A stretch of DNA of 64,000 bases, taken from a virus (taxonomy: Duplodnaviria > Heunggongvirae > Uroviricota > Caudoviricetes). Location: the IMG/VR virus record IMGVR_UViG_3300042890_002891, positions 32,001-96,000 of that record; one strand, 5' to 3'. The notes beneath the pieces were generated by a model. The model made no database searches, was not told where the DNA came from, and saw nothing but the letters and a program-made list of their open reading frames with translations. The translations under genes and the position numbers were made by a program. Shown here piece by piece: positions 40,709 to 50,455 of this stretch (positions are counted from its first letter, which is position 1; the number at the start of each line of letters is the position of its first letter).

Positions 40709-41989
40709 TTAAAAATACAATGAATGGAGTCTAAGTCCATAATCCAACAACTTGTCACCGATAAAGTATCCAAATATCAGTCCAGTTGTGTCTCTAAGTC
40801 GTAGTGCCCATCCGAGTATGAGCAGACACACCATGCATTGTAACACAAATACCATGTTGTAGTCAAGCCAGGCCTGATACAATATTGCCAAAACCAAGAT
40901 GGCCAAAATGCCTGCACGCAACAGTTTCAAATTGGTTCTTAGTATGGTGAGTACCTGTGTGACCAAGGGCCAGGCCATGATCAAACCAATTGCTGCCACA
41001 GTCATCTGCAGCAGTGCAGTTGCGCCAAAAATTATCGACGCTGATGCAATTGATGCTGTGAATCCTTTCAACTCCATCAGCGACAACGCTATGGCTTCGC
41101 TGGGCACCAGAGGTAGCCCAAATATTATCAAGGGTATCAGCTGCGACACCGCTCCTGCATTGTTTGCTGTTTCTGCAGATATGATTCTTTCTCTAGGATC
41201 TGTGGTGGTTCTACAGGTTATGTTATAGCTCAGCATTGAACTAAAAATCATTGCCAGGCCAGGCATGAGTCCACCCACAAAACCCACGGCACTGTATTGC
41301 GTGATGCGCAGATAATTCAATCTGGGCCACTTGACTGATGTTGGTATGTGGTTCACCGTCACAGCAGAATTAGACAGTCGATACAGCTGAGGAAATGTAA
41401 ACAAACACAGCAGCACAATGTCCCAGGGAACTCCTGCTGTGAGTGAGCTATTTCCAAAGGTAAGAATACCTGTCTCTAGATTAGAGTTATACCCAACCAG
41501 GCCCAACAAGATTCCTGACAGGCATAGCCCAATACTGGTTTTCAAATCGTCACTAGAATATTTTATTACACCTATCAAGGCAAACACAAACAACATTGAT
41601 ATCAGTTCAGTACGCAAGAAGTAACTCATTGCTGACAAGTGTGCTGCAAGAATCCAACATGCTGTTATAGATAAGATTGCTGCCACAAAACTACCGACCG
41701 CGGCAGCAGCAATTGTGTCTCCGTACTGCGATGCTGGCAGTCTTGGTAGCTCTGCTACTGTGGGTATGCCACTGGGTTCTCCTGCAATCCCTGTGTACAT
41801 GGTGGTAACACTACCGGTGAATTGACTAATTTGAGTTAGTGCAGCATAGAACAAAAATATATCTACAGGCGCCCAGGTTATTAAAAACGGAGCAGATATT
41901 ATCATGGCTATCAAGATGCCCATGCCAGGTAAAATTCCAATGGCCATACCCAGCAATGATCCAGCCAGGATGGCCAGCAGATGTTCCAT
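40709..41989 (-). CDS. tctA: Tripartite tricarboxylate transporter permease TctA-like
   Basis: GILPGMG, GIAGEPS, GLMPGL, AETANNAG, FGLP; many TM segments. Confidence 0.8.
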   Translation of the reverse strand: MEHLLAILAGSLLGMAIGILPGMGILIAMIISAPFLITWAPVDIFLFYAALTQISQFTGSVTTMYTGIAGEPSGIPTVAELPRLPASQYGDTIAAAAVGSFVAAILSITACWILAAHLSAMSYFLRTELISMLFVFALIGVIKYSSDDLKTSIGLCLSGILLGLVGYNSNLETGILTFGNSSLTAGVPWDIVLLCLFTFPQLYRLSNSAVTVNHIPTSVKWPRLNYLRITQYSAVGFVGGLMPGLAMIFSSMLSYNITCRTTTDPRERIISAETANNAGAVSQLIPLIIFGLPLVPSEAIALSLMELKGFTASIASASIIFGATALLQMTVAAIGLIMAWPLVTQVLTILRTNLKLLRAGILAILVLAILYQAWLDYNMVFVLQCMVCLLILGWALRLRDTTGLIFGYFIGDKLLDYGLRLHSLYF

Positions 41990-43221
41990 CAGAATCCCAC
42001 CTGGTCTGACGAATATGTCTTGCCGTCTGTTAATGAATAAAACTTTGACATTAATCCTTTTGTGCCAGCGGCTGTCACAGGGTTTCCGTAACGGTCGGTG
42101 TTCCAGATATTTTTATACTTGTCACTGTGCATAACTTCCTGAATCGCAAGAAATTTTTTGTACCAACGTTTGCCTTCGTCAGTCCCAATAACATTGTTAT
42201 AAAACATATTGCTATTGTAGCCTGATATTTTTTTGTCTTCCCATAATTTAGCTGAATAGTCAACGTCAGTAAAAAATCGTTTTATTTGAGTTATATGGTG
42301 TGTTGGCACTCGACCCAATGCACGATTATACTCTATTCCCAGCGTGGAATAAAATCTATTAACAACTGTATCAGTTGATTGTTTAGCGGTGTGATAGTGT
42401 TTGAGAGCATATGCTGTTTTTAACAATAAGGACGGTATATTTCTACTAACAAAAAAATCCTCGTACCGATCAGAGATTGATGGCAACCATTCTGAACTGT
42501 CAACACTGAAAGTATACCAGTTGTTGTTTTTTTTAAACAATCTAGCTTTGGTGCCACCAAATAAATCACACCAATCATTGTGGTCGGTAGTTTTTACAGC
42601 ATTGTGCCATGCCCAACTGGTGTCCATCCAAAATATACCGTGACTTCCATCCAGCCCAATGGGTATATCTGTATCATCGGCAATTGAAAACCAGTCATCG
42701 GCATCCTTGACTGTGGCCTGTGACATGGTAATTTTTGTTTTGAGTAGTCTGTGAGCTATGGTTTTTAAATAAGGAATAGTAGCAATTGCTATCTCTCGAT
42801 TGGTGGTGTTTACGGCTGTGTTGGCATCTTTGTCTAGTTTAACATCAACCACAATTTCGTCTAGATGTATATTGTTGTCAACAAAACTGACCAAGGCTGT
42901 GTGGCTGTCAGCGCCGCCGCTGTAAAATAATCTAATATAGGAATAGGTGTCACGAAGCTCTTGAGCTCGTTGACGGCATAGCTCAGCCAGAGTCTCAACA
43001 GGCTCAACTGATGGATTTAGTCTGGCAAAGGCATCTTCGTACCAGTGAAAATGTGCCGTTGCATGTGGCAACGTATCGCGGTACAACACCGCATCAATTT
43101 TGTAATCAAACCGAGTCTCGGTATTGGTTTCATAGTTTTTTACAGTCCAATACATTGCCCTGTCTTGATAATGACTATTCTGAATAGATAGCAATTGTTT
43201 GGTTGAAAAATTGAATGCCAT
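41989..43221 (-). CDS. PP-loop (adenine nucleotide alpha-hydrolase-like) protein
   Basis: RAQELRDTY..LFYSGGADS. Confidence 0.6.
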   Translation of the reverse strand: MAFNFSTKQLLSIQNSHYQDRAMYWTVKNYETNTETRFDYKIDAVLYRDTLPHATAHFHWYEDAFARLNPSVEPVETLAELCRQRAQELRDTYSYIRLFYSGGADSHTALVSFVDNNIHLDEIVVDVKLDKDANTAVNTTNREIAIATIPYLKTIAHRLLKTKITMSQATVKDADDWFSIADDTDIPIGLDGSHGIFWMDTSWAWHNAVKTTDHNDWCDLFGGTKARLFKKNNNWYTFSVDSSEWLPSISDRYEDFFVSRNIPSLLLKTAYALKHYHTAKQSTDTVVNRFYSTLGIEYNRALGRVPTHHITQIKRFFTDVDYSAKLWEDKKISGYNSNMFYNNVIGTDEGKRWYKKFLAIQEVMHSDKYKNIWNTDRYGNPVTAAGTKGLMSKFYSLTDGKTYSSDQVGF

Positions 43222-43278
43222 GCATTAATTATACACTATGTTATGCTGATCAACTATTATTACGAACAAGTTCATAAT

Positions 43279-43352
43279 TGGTGCTCTCAACAAGGATCGA
43301 ACTTGTGTCTATACATTACCAATGTATTGTACTACCACTGTACTATGGGAGC
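43279..43352 (-). tRNA. tRNA-Thr(GGT)
   Basis: Cloverleaf, encoded CCA. Confidence 0.9.
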
Positions 43353-43711
43353 GTGGATTTCACGATAACAGGCCAGTGCAAGGTGTCTTGCCTGTGCCAG
43401 TCTATCAAGCACATACTTGGTCAATTCCGGATCATCTCGACGACAACACGGACCACTGCGCCGTTCATCACAATTGGATTGTCTCCAATCATAACTGGTG
43501 GGAAAGAGTGGTTCCGATTCGGCGGGTTCAGAACGTTTCGGTTGTTTGGAATCTGTACAGTCTGATTGATTATTGTGTTGCATACATATACAACGCAGTA
43601 ACCTGTTGTTGAGTTGACACAGATTGGCAAACCTGCTAGAAGAACCCGACCGTAACACACAAGTATCTCGGAGTGACCATGTGCCAGAGGATCGGGCCGT
43701 GTTTCATTATC

Positions 43712-43785
43712 TGGAGCGGGTGAAGAGAATCGAACTCTCGTCGTAACGTTGGCAACGTTCTGCTCTACCATTGAGCTACACCCGC
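43712..43785 (-). tRNA. tRNA-Gly(GCC)
   Basis: Cloverleaf, CCA. Confidence 0.95.
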
Positions 43786-43794
43786 TTATAAAAA

Positions 43795-44190
43795 TTAATT
43801 GTTGTCTGCTTGGCTGGCACAGTTTGGGCACAGCAGTTGCAAGTTGTTTGCGGCATTGTTGTTGATGTTGCCATCTAGATGTTGCAGTACAAATTGCAAG
43901 GGTCGACCCAGATAGCTGTCAATGTTGCAGCATTCACAACGTTGTGGTCGAATCACCGCTGAATCAGCAAGACGTTGTTTGCGTTGTTCTACCACATCAC
44001 TAGCCTTGACAGCAACAGGCACAGATTCAATGGCCTTTGCCAACTGTTGCAGTTTGAATGGCGTCAGACTCTTGCGAGTAGCATCATCTGCTTGACATTT
44101 TATACTGCAAAAGCCCGGCGTAGATCGTTCCTGTGTCCAGGAATATCGATCTCTGCAATGTTCGCAATAATAAGTTTGATACACAGTCAT
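43795..44190 (-). CDS. Zn-ribbon + degenerate HNH endonuclease-like protein
   Basis: CEHC...FCSIKC; HLDGNINNN..NLQLLCPNCAS. Confidence 0.7.
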   Translation of the reverse strand: MTVYQTYYCEHCRDRYSWTQERSTPGFCSIKCQADDATRKSLTPFKLQQLAKAIESVPVAVKASDVVEQRKQRLADSAVIRPQRCECCNIDSYLGRPLQFVLQHLDGNINNNAANNLQLLCPNCASQADNN

Positions 44191-44218
44191 CCAGTATTTA
44201 TCGCAAACATCACAGGCG

Positions 44219-44689
44219 TCAAGCTACCTTGAGGCTACGGAATCGATCAGCAGCATAACTGGCAGCAAAGGCTTCGGGCTTGACAAAAGGAATCACATTG
44301 CATGTGCCCTTAATATAGCCCACGGCCTGACTGATAACACAGCTGGAACCGTGCATTTCGTTGGGGTTGATGTCAAGGTGTACTTCAACATCACGTCCAT
44401 CTAGTACTTCAGCCAGTTGGAGATACAGTTCAGAAACCTTGTAGACTTCGGTCATGAGTCGCATGGCAGGTTTGCCGGGCTTGCTGTCATAGTCACGCTC
44501 ACGCTGTACTTCACCAAACAACTTGCAGCCATTGTTGCCGTTAATATGCACCACAATAGCCAACACATAGTCAGCATGCCATGCACCGTTGATTTTCACA
44601 CGTTCACTGTCACAGCCCAGGTAAATTTTTGTTTCTGGTGTCTGTGTTCGAATAAACGCTGCCACCTGGGCAAAATCGATTTTTCTCAT
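44219..44689 (-). CDS. RNase H-like YkuK family protein
   Basis: KIYLGCDS, RLMTEV, EVHLDIN, KPEAFAASYAAD. Confidence 0.85.
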   Translation of the reverse strand: MRKIDFAQVAAFIRTQTPETKIYLGCDSERVKINGAWHADYVLAIVVHINGNNGCKLFGEVQRERDYDSKPGKPAMRLMTEVYKVSELYLQLAEVLDGRDVEVHLDINPNEMHGSSCVISQAVGYIKGTCNVIPFVKPEAFAASYAADRFRSLKVA

Positions 44690-44703
44690 TTGTTTCTTTC
44701 TTT

Positions 44704-44782
44704 TGGTACCCCGCCTCGGAGTCGAACCGAGAGAACTCTTCCTTTTGAGAGAAGCGACTTTGCCAGATTTGTCCAGCGGGGC
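44704..44782 (-). tRNA. tRNA-Leu(CAA), short variable loop
   Basis: Cloverleaf, CCA. Confidence 0.88.
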
Positions 44783-44783
44783 T

Positions 44784-45332
44784 TTAGTAGTTATATCGCT
44801 GACCAAATCCTACTGGATCAGCTTCATGTGCTTGAACAGCTTGAGTTATGGCTCGTACCACAAACTCATTGAACGAGATATCCAGTTCATGTGCGGCCTT
44901 CATGTATGTTAACAGTTCTTCATCTGTGAAGTCCACCGGCACTTGCACACGAGTATCATACTCTTGACCGGCCACAATGGCCTGAAACTTTTGAACAAAG
45001 TCATCGTCTGTCTCAAGATCAACATAGTTGACATCATCCCAGGCTTCATTCATGTTAACACCGCGATTCTTTGCTTCCTTGTCATGCTTTTTCACATAGT
45101 CAGGATGCATCATTCTGTAGGCACGATCGTTTGTGTAGTCGCATACTTCCACACAATAGACCTTTTGGCTCCGGGTGCTGAACACAATATTGGCACTCCA
45201 GCCACCTGTGCCATGAACGCCATTCCAGGAGCTCAACTGATAGCTGTTGGATCCAAAGCACTGCCAGCCATATGTGTCGCCTTCGGTGATCCGGTAATCC
45301 ACCAGTTCCATAAATTCTTTCATACTCAACAT
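44784..45332 (-). CDS. Hypothetical phage protein
   Basis: AGGAG RBS before MLSMKEF. Confidence 0.75.
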   Translation of the reverse strand: MLSMKEFMELVDYRITEGDTYGWQCFGSNSYQLSSWNGVHGTGGWSANIVFSTRSQKVYCVEVCDYTNDRAYRMMHPDYVKKHDKEAKNRGVNMNEAWDDVNYVDLETDDDFVQKFQAIVAGQEYDTRVQVPVDFTDEELLTYMKAAHELDISFNEFVVRAITQAVQAHEADPVGFGQRYNY

Positions 45333-45333
45333 G

Positions 45334-45828
45334 TTATACTCCTGATTGTTTGCGTGATTCACGCAGGTTGTGATGTGTGTCGCACAAGGTCTTGAGCCAG
45401 CCACCATGGCGCAGTACGCCCTGTGAGCCACACTCTTCGCAGGCATGGCTTGCCCAGGCTGCTGCCATGGTCACCATACCGCTGATCTCATTGTCGCCGC
45501 CATCATAGTAGAAACGCAGTCCGCCAAATTTTTCTTTGATCTGTGCCACTGTCACTTGGGGCACCACTGGTGACTGCCGGTTCTGCCAGTCAATATGATG
45601 TTGGATACTGGCGCACAGGCTGGCAATAATGGGCCACCATCCAGCAGCACATTCAATGCCACCGTATTGGCCCGCAAACATTTTGGGGTAAGTGGTTTCA
45701 AGATGCTTGACGAAAGCATCGTATTCTTGAAATTCCGGGTCCTGATCCATGAGTGATTCCTTTGTTGTGATAGAGATTGCGGCCTGATCAAGAGCACTGA
45801 TCATGGCAGGATTGTTCCATTCCATCAT
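45334..45828 (-). CDS. Hypothetical phage protein (QIKEKFGGLRFY, C-terminal Zn site)
   Basis: CEECG...LCDTH; start uncertain (45828 or 45750). Confidence 0.7.
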   Translation of the reverse strand: MMEWNNPAMISALDQAAISITTKESLMDQDPEFQEYDAFVKHLETTYPKMFAGQYGGIECAAGWWPIIASLCASIQHHIDWQNRQSPVVPQVTVAQIKEKFGGLRFYYDGGDNEISGMVTMAAAWASHACEECGSQGVLRHGGWLKTLCDTHHNLRESRKQSGV

Positions 45829-46049
45829 CGTCGTGTGGCGCCAATTCTGCTGGCCTTGTTCCAGTCGTATGCAACGCCATCGGGGCACACTCCATCTTGA
45901 ACACTATCCACACCAAATATGCCACACGCTTCAAAGTCCGGACCCCGAATGGTCACAAACATGCCAACAATTCGAGCAAAGCTGATTGCTTCGCTCAATG
46001 TAGGACATGAGTTGAGTGGTAGTCCTGATTTGCTGATTACTTTGTACAT
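45825..46049 (-). CDS. Hypothetical protein
   Basis: TTGACA-17-TATAAT-6-ATG leaderless start. Confidence 0.7.
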   Translation of the reverse strand: MYKVISKSGLPLNSCPTLSEAISFARIVGMFVTIRGPDFEACGIFGVDSVQDGVCPDGVAYDWNKASRIGATRR

Positions 46050-46090
46050 GATTTCATTATACAGTATTTGTGACTTGTTGTCAAATGATT

Positions 46091-46175
46091 TGGTGCCCCA
46101 GGTCGGACTCGAACCGACACGCCACAAGGACATGAGTTTCTAAGACTCACACGGCTACCATTACGTCACCGGGGC
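46091..46175 (-). tRNA. tRNA-Leu(TAG)
   Basis: Cloverleaf with long variable arm, CCA. Confidence 0.93.
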
Positions 46176-46181
46176 ATTATT

Positions 46182-46257
46182 TGGTGCAACCTGTAGGAAT
46201 CGAACCTACTTCAATGCCTCTTCAGGGCACCGCTATAACCATATCAGCTAAAGTTGC
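46182..46257 (-). tRNA. tRNA-Phe(GAA)
   Basis: Cloverleaf, CCA. Confidence 0.92.
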
Positions 46258-46264
46258 ATGTTGT

Positions 46265-46355
46265 TGGCGGAAGGCTAGAGAGTTGAACTCTAAAGGCGCT
46301 ATTAACGCTCGGCTGTTTTCAAGACAGATCCCATCGCCAATTGGGTTGGCCTTCC
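46265..46355 (-). tRNA. tRNA-Ser(TGA)
   Basis: Long variable arm, G73-CCA. Confidence 0.92.
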
Positions 46356-46361
46356 GTTGAG

Positions 46362-46439
46362 TGGAGCACAGGGTGAGATTTGAACTCACGATTTTTCAGA
46401 TTTGCAATCTGGTGCGTTGGACCGCTCCGCCACCTGTGC
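46362..46439 (-). tRNA. tRNA-Cys(GCA)
   Basis: U73-CCA, cloverleaf. Confidence 0.92.
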
Positions 46440-46446
46440 TTGATGT

Positions 46447-46520
46447 TGGTCTCTCGAGAGTGAATCGAACACTCGTCATATGGTCCCAAACCATAAATTC
46501 TACCATTAAACTACCGAGAG
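46447..46520 (-). tRNA. tRNA-Pro(TGG)
   Basis: C1-G72, CCA. Confidence 0.9.
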
Positions 46521-46524
46521 AATC

Positions 46525-46598
46525 TGGTACCTCGTGACAGAATCGAACTGCCGTCTGCGCCGTGTAAAAGCGCGGCCCTACCATTAGACGAACGAGGC
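46525..46598 (-). tRNA. tRNA-Val(TAC)
   Basis: Cloverleaf, CCA. Confidence 0.9.
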
Positions 46599-46683
46599 AT
46601 AAATTAGTCGCACACAACTTGTCCTATTATACTCCGTGTGCTATGGAGAGTTTGGCTGCGAGTGTTAGTCGCTTAAATACTTG

Positions 46684-46848
46684 ATGTACACATATGACAA
46701 CATTACCACAACTGGACTGCATATCCACTTGAGCATGAGCAAGCACGATACCTGTTATATTTTTGTCAATGATATTTTTAGTAACCGATTGACTCTGCGT
46801 TTCTTCAACAACACAGAATCGGCACTGGAGTTTATCCGCAGCTTTTGA
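46684..46848 (+). CDS. 54-aa hypothetical protein (MYTYDNITTTG...FIRSF)
   Basis: TAAATA at 46674-46679 just upstream; hairpin after stop. Confidence 0.55.
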   Translation: MYTYDNITTTGLHIHLSMSKHDTCYIFVNDIFSNRLTLRFFNNTESALEFIRSF

Positions 46849-46876
46849 TCAACTGCGGATATTTTTGGATGGGATG

Positions 46877-47143
46877 TTACGCAGGATCAGAGATTGCTAT
46901 ACTAACAATATCTAGTCCGTATGTGTTTGCAAATGTGCCAACATAGGCCACGTCTTCCTCGGCTGCTGCTTGGTCCAACCAATCTCTGATCACAGTGTGA
47001 TCAGAGATTATACCTGCAACATCCGTTGTTAGTCCAGCTAGAAATTTTGTTTGAAGATAAGCTAGACGTATTTCTCGAGCAGCTAAATAGCTTTCATCCA
47101 ACGGGGAATTGGTCCCCCACACAATTGTAACATTTTTTGTCAT
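46877..47143 (-). CDS. Hypothetical protein
   Basis: AAGGA RBS, 88 aa. Confidence 0.7.
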   Translation of the reverse strand: MTKNVTIVWGTNSPLDESYLAAREIRLAYLQTKFLAGLTTDVAGIISDHTVIRDWLDQAAAEEDVAYVGTFANTYGLDIVSIAISDPA

Positions 47144-47189
47144 AAATTTTCCTTTATAGGATGAACACCAGGATCATCTTTGCTAATAT

Positions 47190-48026
47190 TTAGCAAATAT
47201 TATTTTTTATATACTGCGAATACAGTAAATCAGCAAAGTAAACATTCCAGTCATGTCCAAAATGCAACCGGTCTCGGGCTCTAGAAAATCCAAATTCGTG
47301 TCCCAACGAGTTTGACAAATTGTCAGATCTGCGAGGATCAAAATCTCGTTCGTAAGTGTAAACGTCAAAAGAATCTAGATCTTCGTCCTTGCACAATGTA
47401 ATTTCTTGTAGCGGTATTTTTCTATTTTTGCAAATTTCTTGCAGCATGGCACGATTCTTGTCAAATTGATATTTTATATAGCTATTGTCATTGAATATAT
47501 CAGCTGCCTTTTCCAGGCGCTCAATGATGTTAGCATAACCGTCGTGATTTCCTAGTATTATTTTGTACGGCAAGAATCGACGTCTAACAGAAATTTCTCT
47601 GGACGAAAACGCTGGCCACTGAACAAACACTGCCCGTGGTTGCAACACATCAATGGTTTTGGCAATTGCTCGTACCACATAATCGCTGCTGGCAGCAGCA
47701 AGACCTAAATTATACAACTTGGTATCAGGAAACTTTGTTCTCAATATGCCAGGCCAGGTGTGTTCAACTGGACACCCAAGGCCAATGGTGCAACTGTCAC
47801 CAATTGTTATTATAGAATCTCGGCCATCATCAACAAATTCATCAGATCTAAATCCGTGTGTGTTCCACTGGTATGTGATATCAGTGTCTGAGTAGATACT
47901 GTCAGGATTAACTCCCGGCGCATCTCTGCGATACCAGTAACTGGTTTCAGTGTGATCGGGCCCACCAGGAACATTTACAACACTAAAAATTCCTTTGTCC
48001 CAGTTGTTGAAATTGGAAGTCAGCAT
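47190..48026 (-). CDS. SGNH-like protein
   Basis: GFRSDEF, IGDSCTIG, ARDRLHFG. Confidence 0.6.
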   Translation of the reverse strand: MLTSNFNNWDKGIFSVVNVPGGPDHTETSYWYRRDAPGVNPDSIYSDTDITYQWNTHGFRSDEFVDDGRDSIITIGDSCTIGLGCPVEHTWPGILRTKFPDTKLYNLGLAAASSDYVVRAIAKTIDVLQPRAVFVQWPAFSSREISVRRRFLPYKIILGNHDGYANIIERLEKAADIFNDNSYIKYQFDKNRAMLQEICKNRKIPLQEITLCKDEDLDSFDVYTYERDFDPRRSDNLSNSLGHEFGFSRARDRLHFGHDWNVYFADLLYSQYIKNNIC

Positions 48027-48685
48027 AGACTATCCAGATCCAGTTTGCGTCTAAGTCTGATACTGAGAGTGGTTCTTGGCAAGCTACCTAGATTAATTGC
48101 ACGGTGCGGAATAGTTACATTTAAATATATCGGTTGAGTCAAGCTGGCGCGAGCAACTTCAACGGCCGAAGATTCGTCATATGTTGACCAATTCATTACA
48201 ATTTTTTTCATTAACTCTGCAGGTGAATCAAAAAATTCTGGTGATGCAGGTGCGCTACCTAATTTTGTTGCTGCGTACCAAGCAGTATAAGAGTTATCAA
48301 AATTCAACAAAGGCAAATTGATAGCCTCACCTGTTAAATCCAACGGAAAGGCATCCCCAACGTCGGAGTCTATGTGTATGGGCATGCTTTCTATGTGGGC
48401 TCCGTTGCTGGCAATAACAATCCAGGAAATTAAATAAATGTCACGAGGTGTTATTTCTTTGCTGTCCAGCCAATCTGCAAATACAGGACATGCATTTTTA
48501 AGATTTCTGATATCGCGTAAAAATCGGTGATCAACTATTTCATTGTTGTTAATCAACCCAGTTGAAGTAGTGTCTGTATCATACATTGACACATACAACG
48601 GACAAGTGGCTCGGAGATAAGTGTCAATCTCAGCAGACATCTGTGGCAGGTTTGGAGCAGCAAGTGTTTTGTAATAAGGTAGCAT
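48020..48685 (-). CDS. Cupin / 2OG-Fe(II) oxygenase-like protein
   Basis: PIHID, INLP, IPH...R..LSIR. Confidence 0.55.
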   Translation of the reverse strand: MLPYYKTLAAPNLPQMSAEIDTYLRATCPLYVSMYDTDTTSTGLINNNEIVDHRFLRDIRNLKNACPVFADWLDSKEITPRDIYLISWIVIASNGAHIESMPIHIDSDVGDAFPLDLTGEAINLPLLNFDNSYTAWYAATKLGSAPASPEFFDSPAELMKKIVMNWSTYDESSAVEVARASLTQPIYLNVTIPHRAINLGSLPRTTLSIRLRRKLDLDSLC

Positions 48686-48691
48686 AGTAGA

Positions 48692-49363
48692 TTAAATCAA
48701 GTTAATGGCCAACATGTATTCATGTATCTGATTCCAATTCTCAATTGTGACATCAGTTGTGTTTTGTTTCTGAGCTGGAGGATTACTGCTGACCAGTTTG
48801 TTTTCCAACATTAGATCTTCATAGTACGCTGTTTGAATTTTGTGTTTTAGTTTGTTTTTGTTTGATTCAACATTTGGATCAATCACTCGATTGTAGAGAT
48901 TAACAACCATGTCCATGTCAACAGTTACAGAAGATGCAGTTATGGGTATCATCCAGGCATTCAGAGTGTATGCAATGGCCAATGATTTGAATGCTTTTAA
49001 TTTGTCTCGACGTTCCAGAAACACAACTGTGGCATTTTGTGCGTTGACCCAGTCAACTATGTCTGGTCTGTTCAGATAGAATGAATGAATTTTTACTGAT
49101 TTTGGCTTGCTGACTTTGGATAACCCAACTATTCTGTCAGACATCATGGCAACAAATTCAGATTCAGAATACTGCGTAGGTTCCGGATCTTGATCAAAGG
49201 TAACATCGTTGCCGTGAAAATCAACTGTAACAAACTTGCTGAACGGTTCTGAACAATTCACATGAGGCAAACAACTTTGTAGCCATGTGCTGCCTGATCT
49301 AGGATGCGAAATAATTATCACGTCTTGATCGGGATTTATGTCTAATAGATCAGAATTTGCCAT
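48692..49363 (-). CDS. Sulfotransferase-like protein
   Basis: PRSGST PAPS-binding loop, LERRD..S, YYED. Confidence 0.7.
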   Translation of the reverse strand: MANSDLLDINPDQDVIIISHPRSGSTWLQSCLPHVNCSEPFSKFVTVDFHGNDVTFDQDPEPTQYSESEFVAMMSDRIVGLSKVSKPKSVKIHSFYLNRPDIVDWVNAQNATVVFLERRDKLKAFKSLAIAYTLNAWMIPITASSVTVDMDMVVNLYNRVIDPNVESNKNKLKHKIQTAYYEDLMLENKLVSSNPPAQKQNTTDVTIENWNQIHEYMLAINLI

Positions 49364-49424
49364 GTTAAAAATTGCACTCTTTAATATAACCTATTTAGCC
49401 TGGCATACAAGCAATCTGAATAAT

Positions 49425-49498
49425 TGGTAGCCTGTCCGGGTAACGATCCTGGGTCGCTCGATTATCAGTCGAGTGCTCTGCCATTGAGCTAACGGGCT
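49425..49498 (-). tRNA. tRNA-Ile(GAT)
   Basis: Cloverleaf, atypical T-loop ATCGTTA, CCA. Confidence 0.85.
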
Positions 49499-49508
49499 AT
49501 TCTAAAAC

Positions 49509-49582
49509 TGGTACGGGTGGAAGGAATCGAACCTTCACTAACAGAGTCAAAGTCTGTTGTGCTACCACTACACAACACCCGA
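49509..49582 (-). tRNA. tRNA-Gln(TTG)
   Basis: Cloverleaf, CCA. Confidence 0.9.
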
Positions 49583-49590
49583 ATAAAACT

Positions 49591-49665
49591 TGGTGGTTGT
49601 GGTTGGTATCGATCCAACCTCCTCGCCTTATGAGGGCGGTACGCATCCATCTACGTCACACAACC
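49591..49665 (-). tRNA. tRNA-Met/Ile2(CAT)
   Basis: Cloverleaf, CCA; identity (Met vs lysidine-Ile) not resolved. Confidence 0.85.
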
Positions 49666-49670
49666 AAATT

Positions 49671-49746
49671 TGGGGTATCCTACCGGTATCGATCCGGTAC
49701 TACCGCTTTCACAGAGCAGGGTGCAGGCCACTACACTAAGGATACC
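49671..49746 (-). tRNA. tRNA-His(GTG)
   Basis: G-1:C73 pair, CCA. Confidence 0.92.
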
Positions 49747-49947
49747 ATATAGGTGCTCTCTGTGGCGCTTGAATCCACGGTAGCCCTGCTCTTCCTGGCA
49801 CTTGTTCACACGCCGCGGGCTAGTGAAGTTCAGTGTTGTTCCAGTGTAGCTACTACAGAAAGCATTTATATAATACCATAGAAAAACACACTTGGCTCCC
49901 CTTGGTTGTTTGTATCTGTCAATTCAGATTGAAAGTGCGTTTATCTA

Positions 49948-50023
49948 TGGTAGGACCACTCGGACTCGAACCGAGGATTTACAGGTTAAAAGCCTGATGT
50001 TATAACCGCTTAACTATGATCCC
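49948..50023 (-). tRNA. tRNA-Lys(TTT)
   Basis: Cloverleaf, CCA. Confidence 0.92.
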
Positions 50024-50026
50024 ATG

Positions 50027-50101
50027 TGGTCCCTCCACCGAGATTTGAACTCGGACGTCACGGATTAAGAGTCCGGCATGCTGCCTTAACATCTTGAAGG
50101 G
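50027..50101 (-). tRNA. tRNA-Lys(CTT)
   Basis: Cloverleaf, CCA. Confidence 0.9.
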
Positions 50102-50455
50102 TTGGTATGTAAAATTGTCTTTCACGTGCCAACCCGGACCTACACAGGATCTGGAGTTGACACTATAGTTTAGGAGATTTTCGTTTCATATAGTTCTTTC
50201 TTTGGTGTGACTGTTGTTATTTTCTGCGTGTGAATTTGCGCAGAAATTTTAAAAAATAATATTTCAACCCGCGTAGTGGGGCCAACTCAAATGCGAATTG
50301 TCCCGGCAGCTCACGCGGGACACTGCGTAGGCTCGATCAATGACTTCTTTGCTGCTTATGCTGCACTTCAGTTGTTTAATAACACTCTGCGACAGAGTTT
50401 AGCCGGATTACATCAAATATTCTTGTAACCTATCAGCTGCTCAGGATCATTTTAA

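Noticed and set aside
43332-43658. ORFs between tRNA-Gly and tRNA-Thr
   Set aside because: Several overlapping frames, overlap with tRNAs; the frame ending ELTKYVLDRLAQARHLAL may be real but cannot be supported
43636-43707. Third attenuator leader MKHGPILWHMVTPRYLCVTVGFF
   Set aside because: No promoter or RBS, ORF lies within one long hairpin, no separate terminator/antiterminator pair
50200-50450. Additional ncRNA
   Set aside because: Non-coding with a few hairpins, but no convincing overall fold or ends by eye
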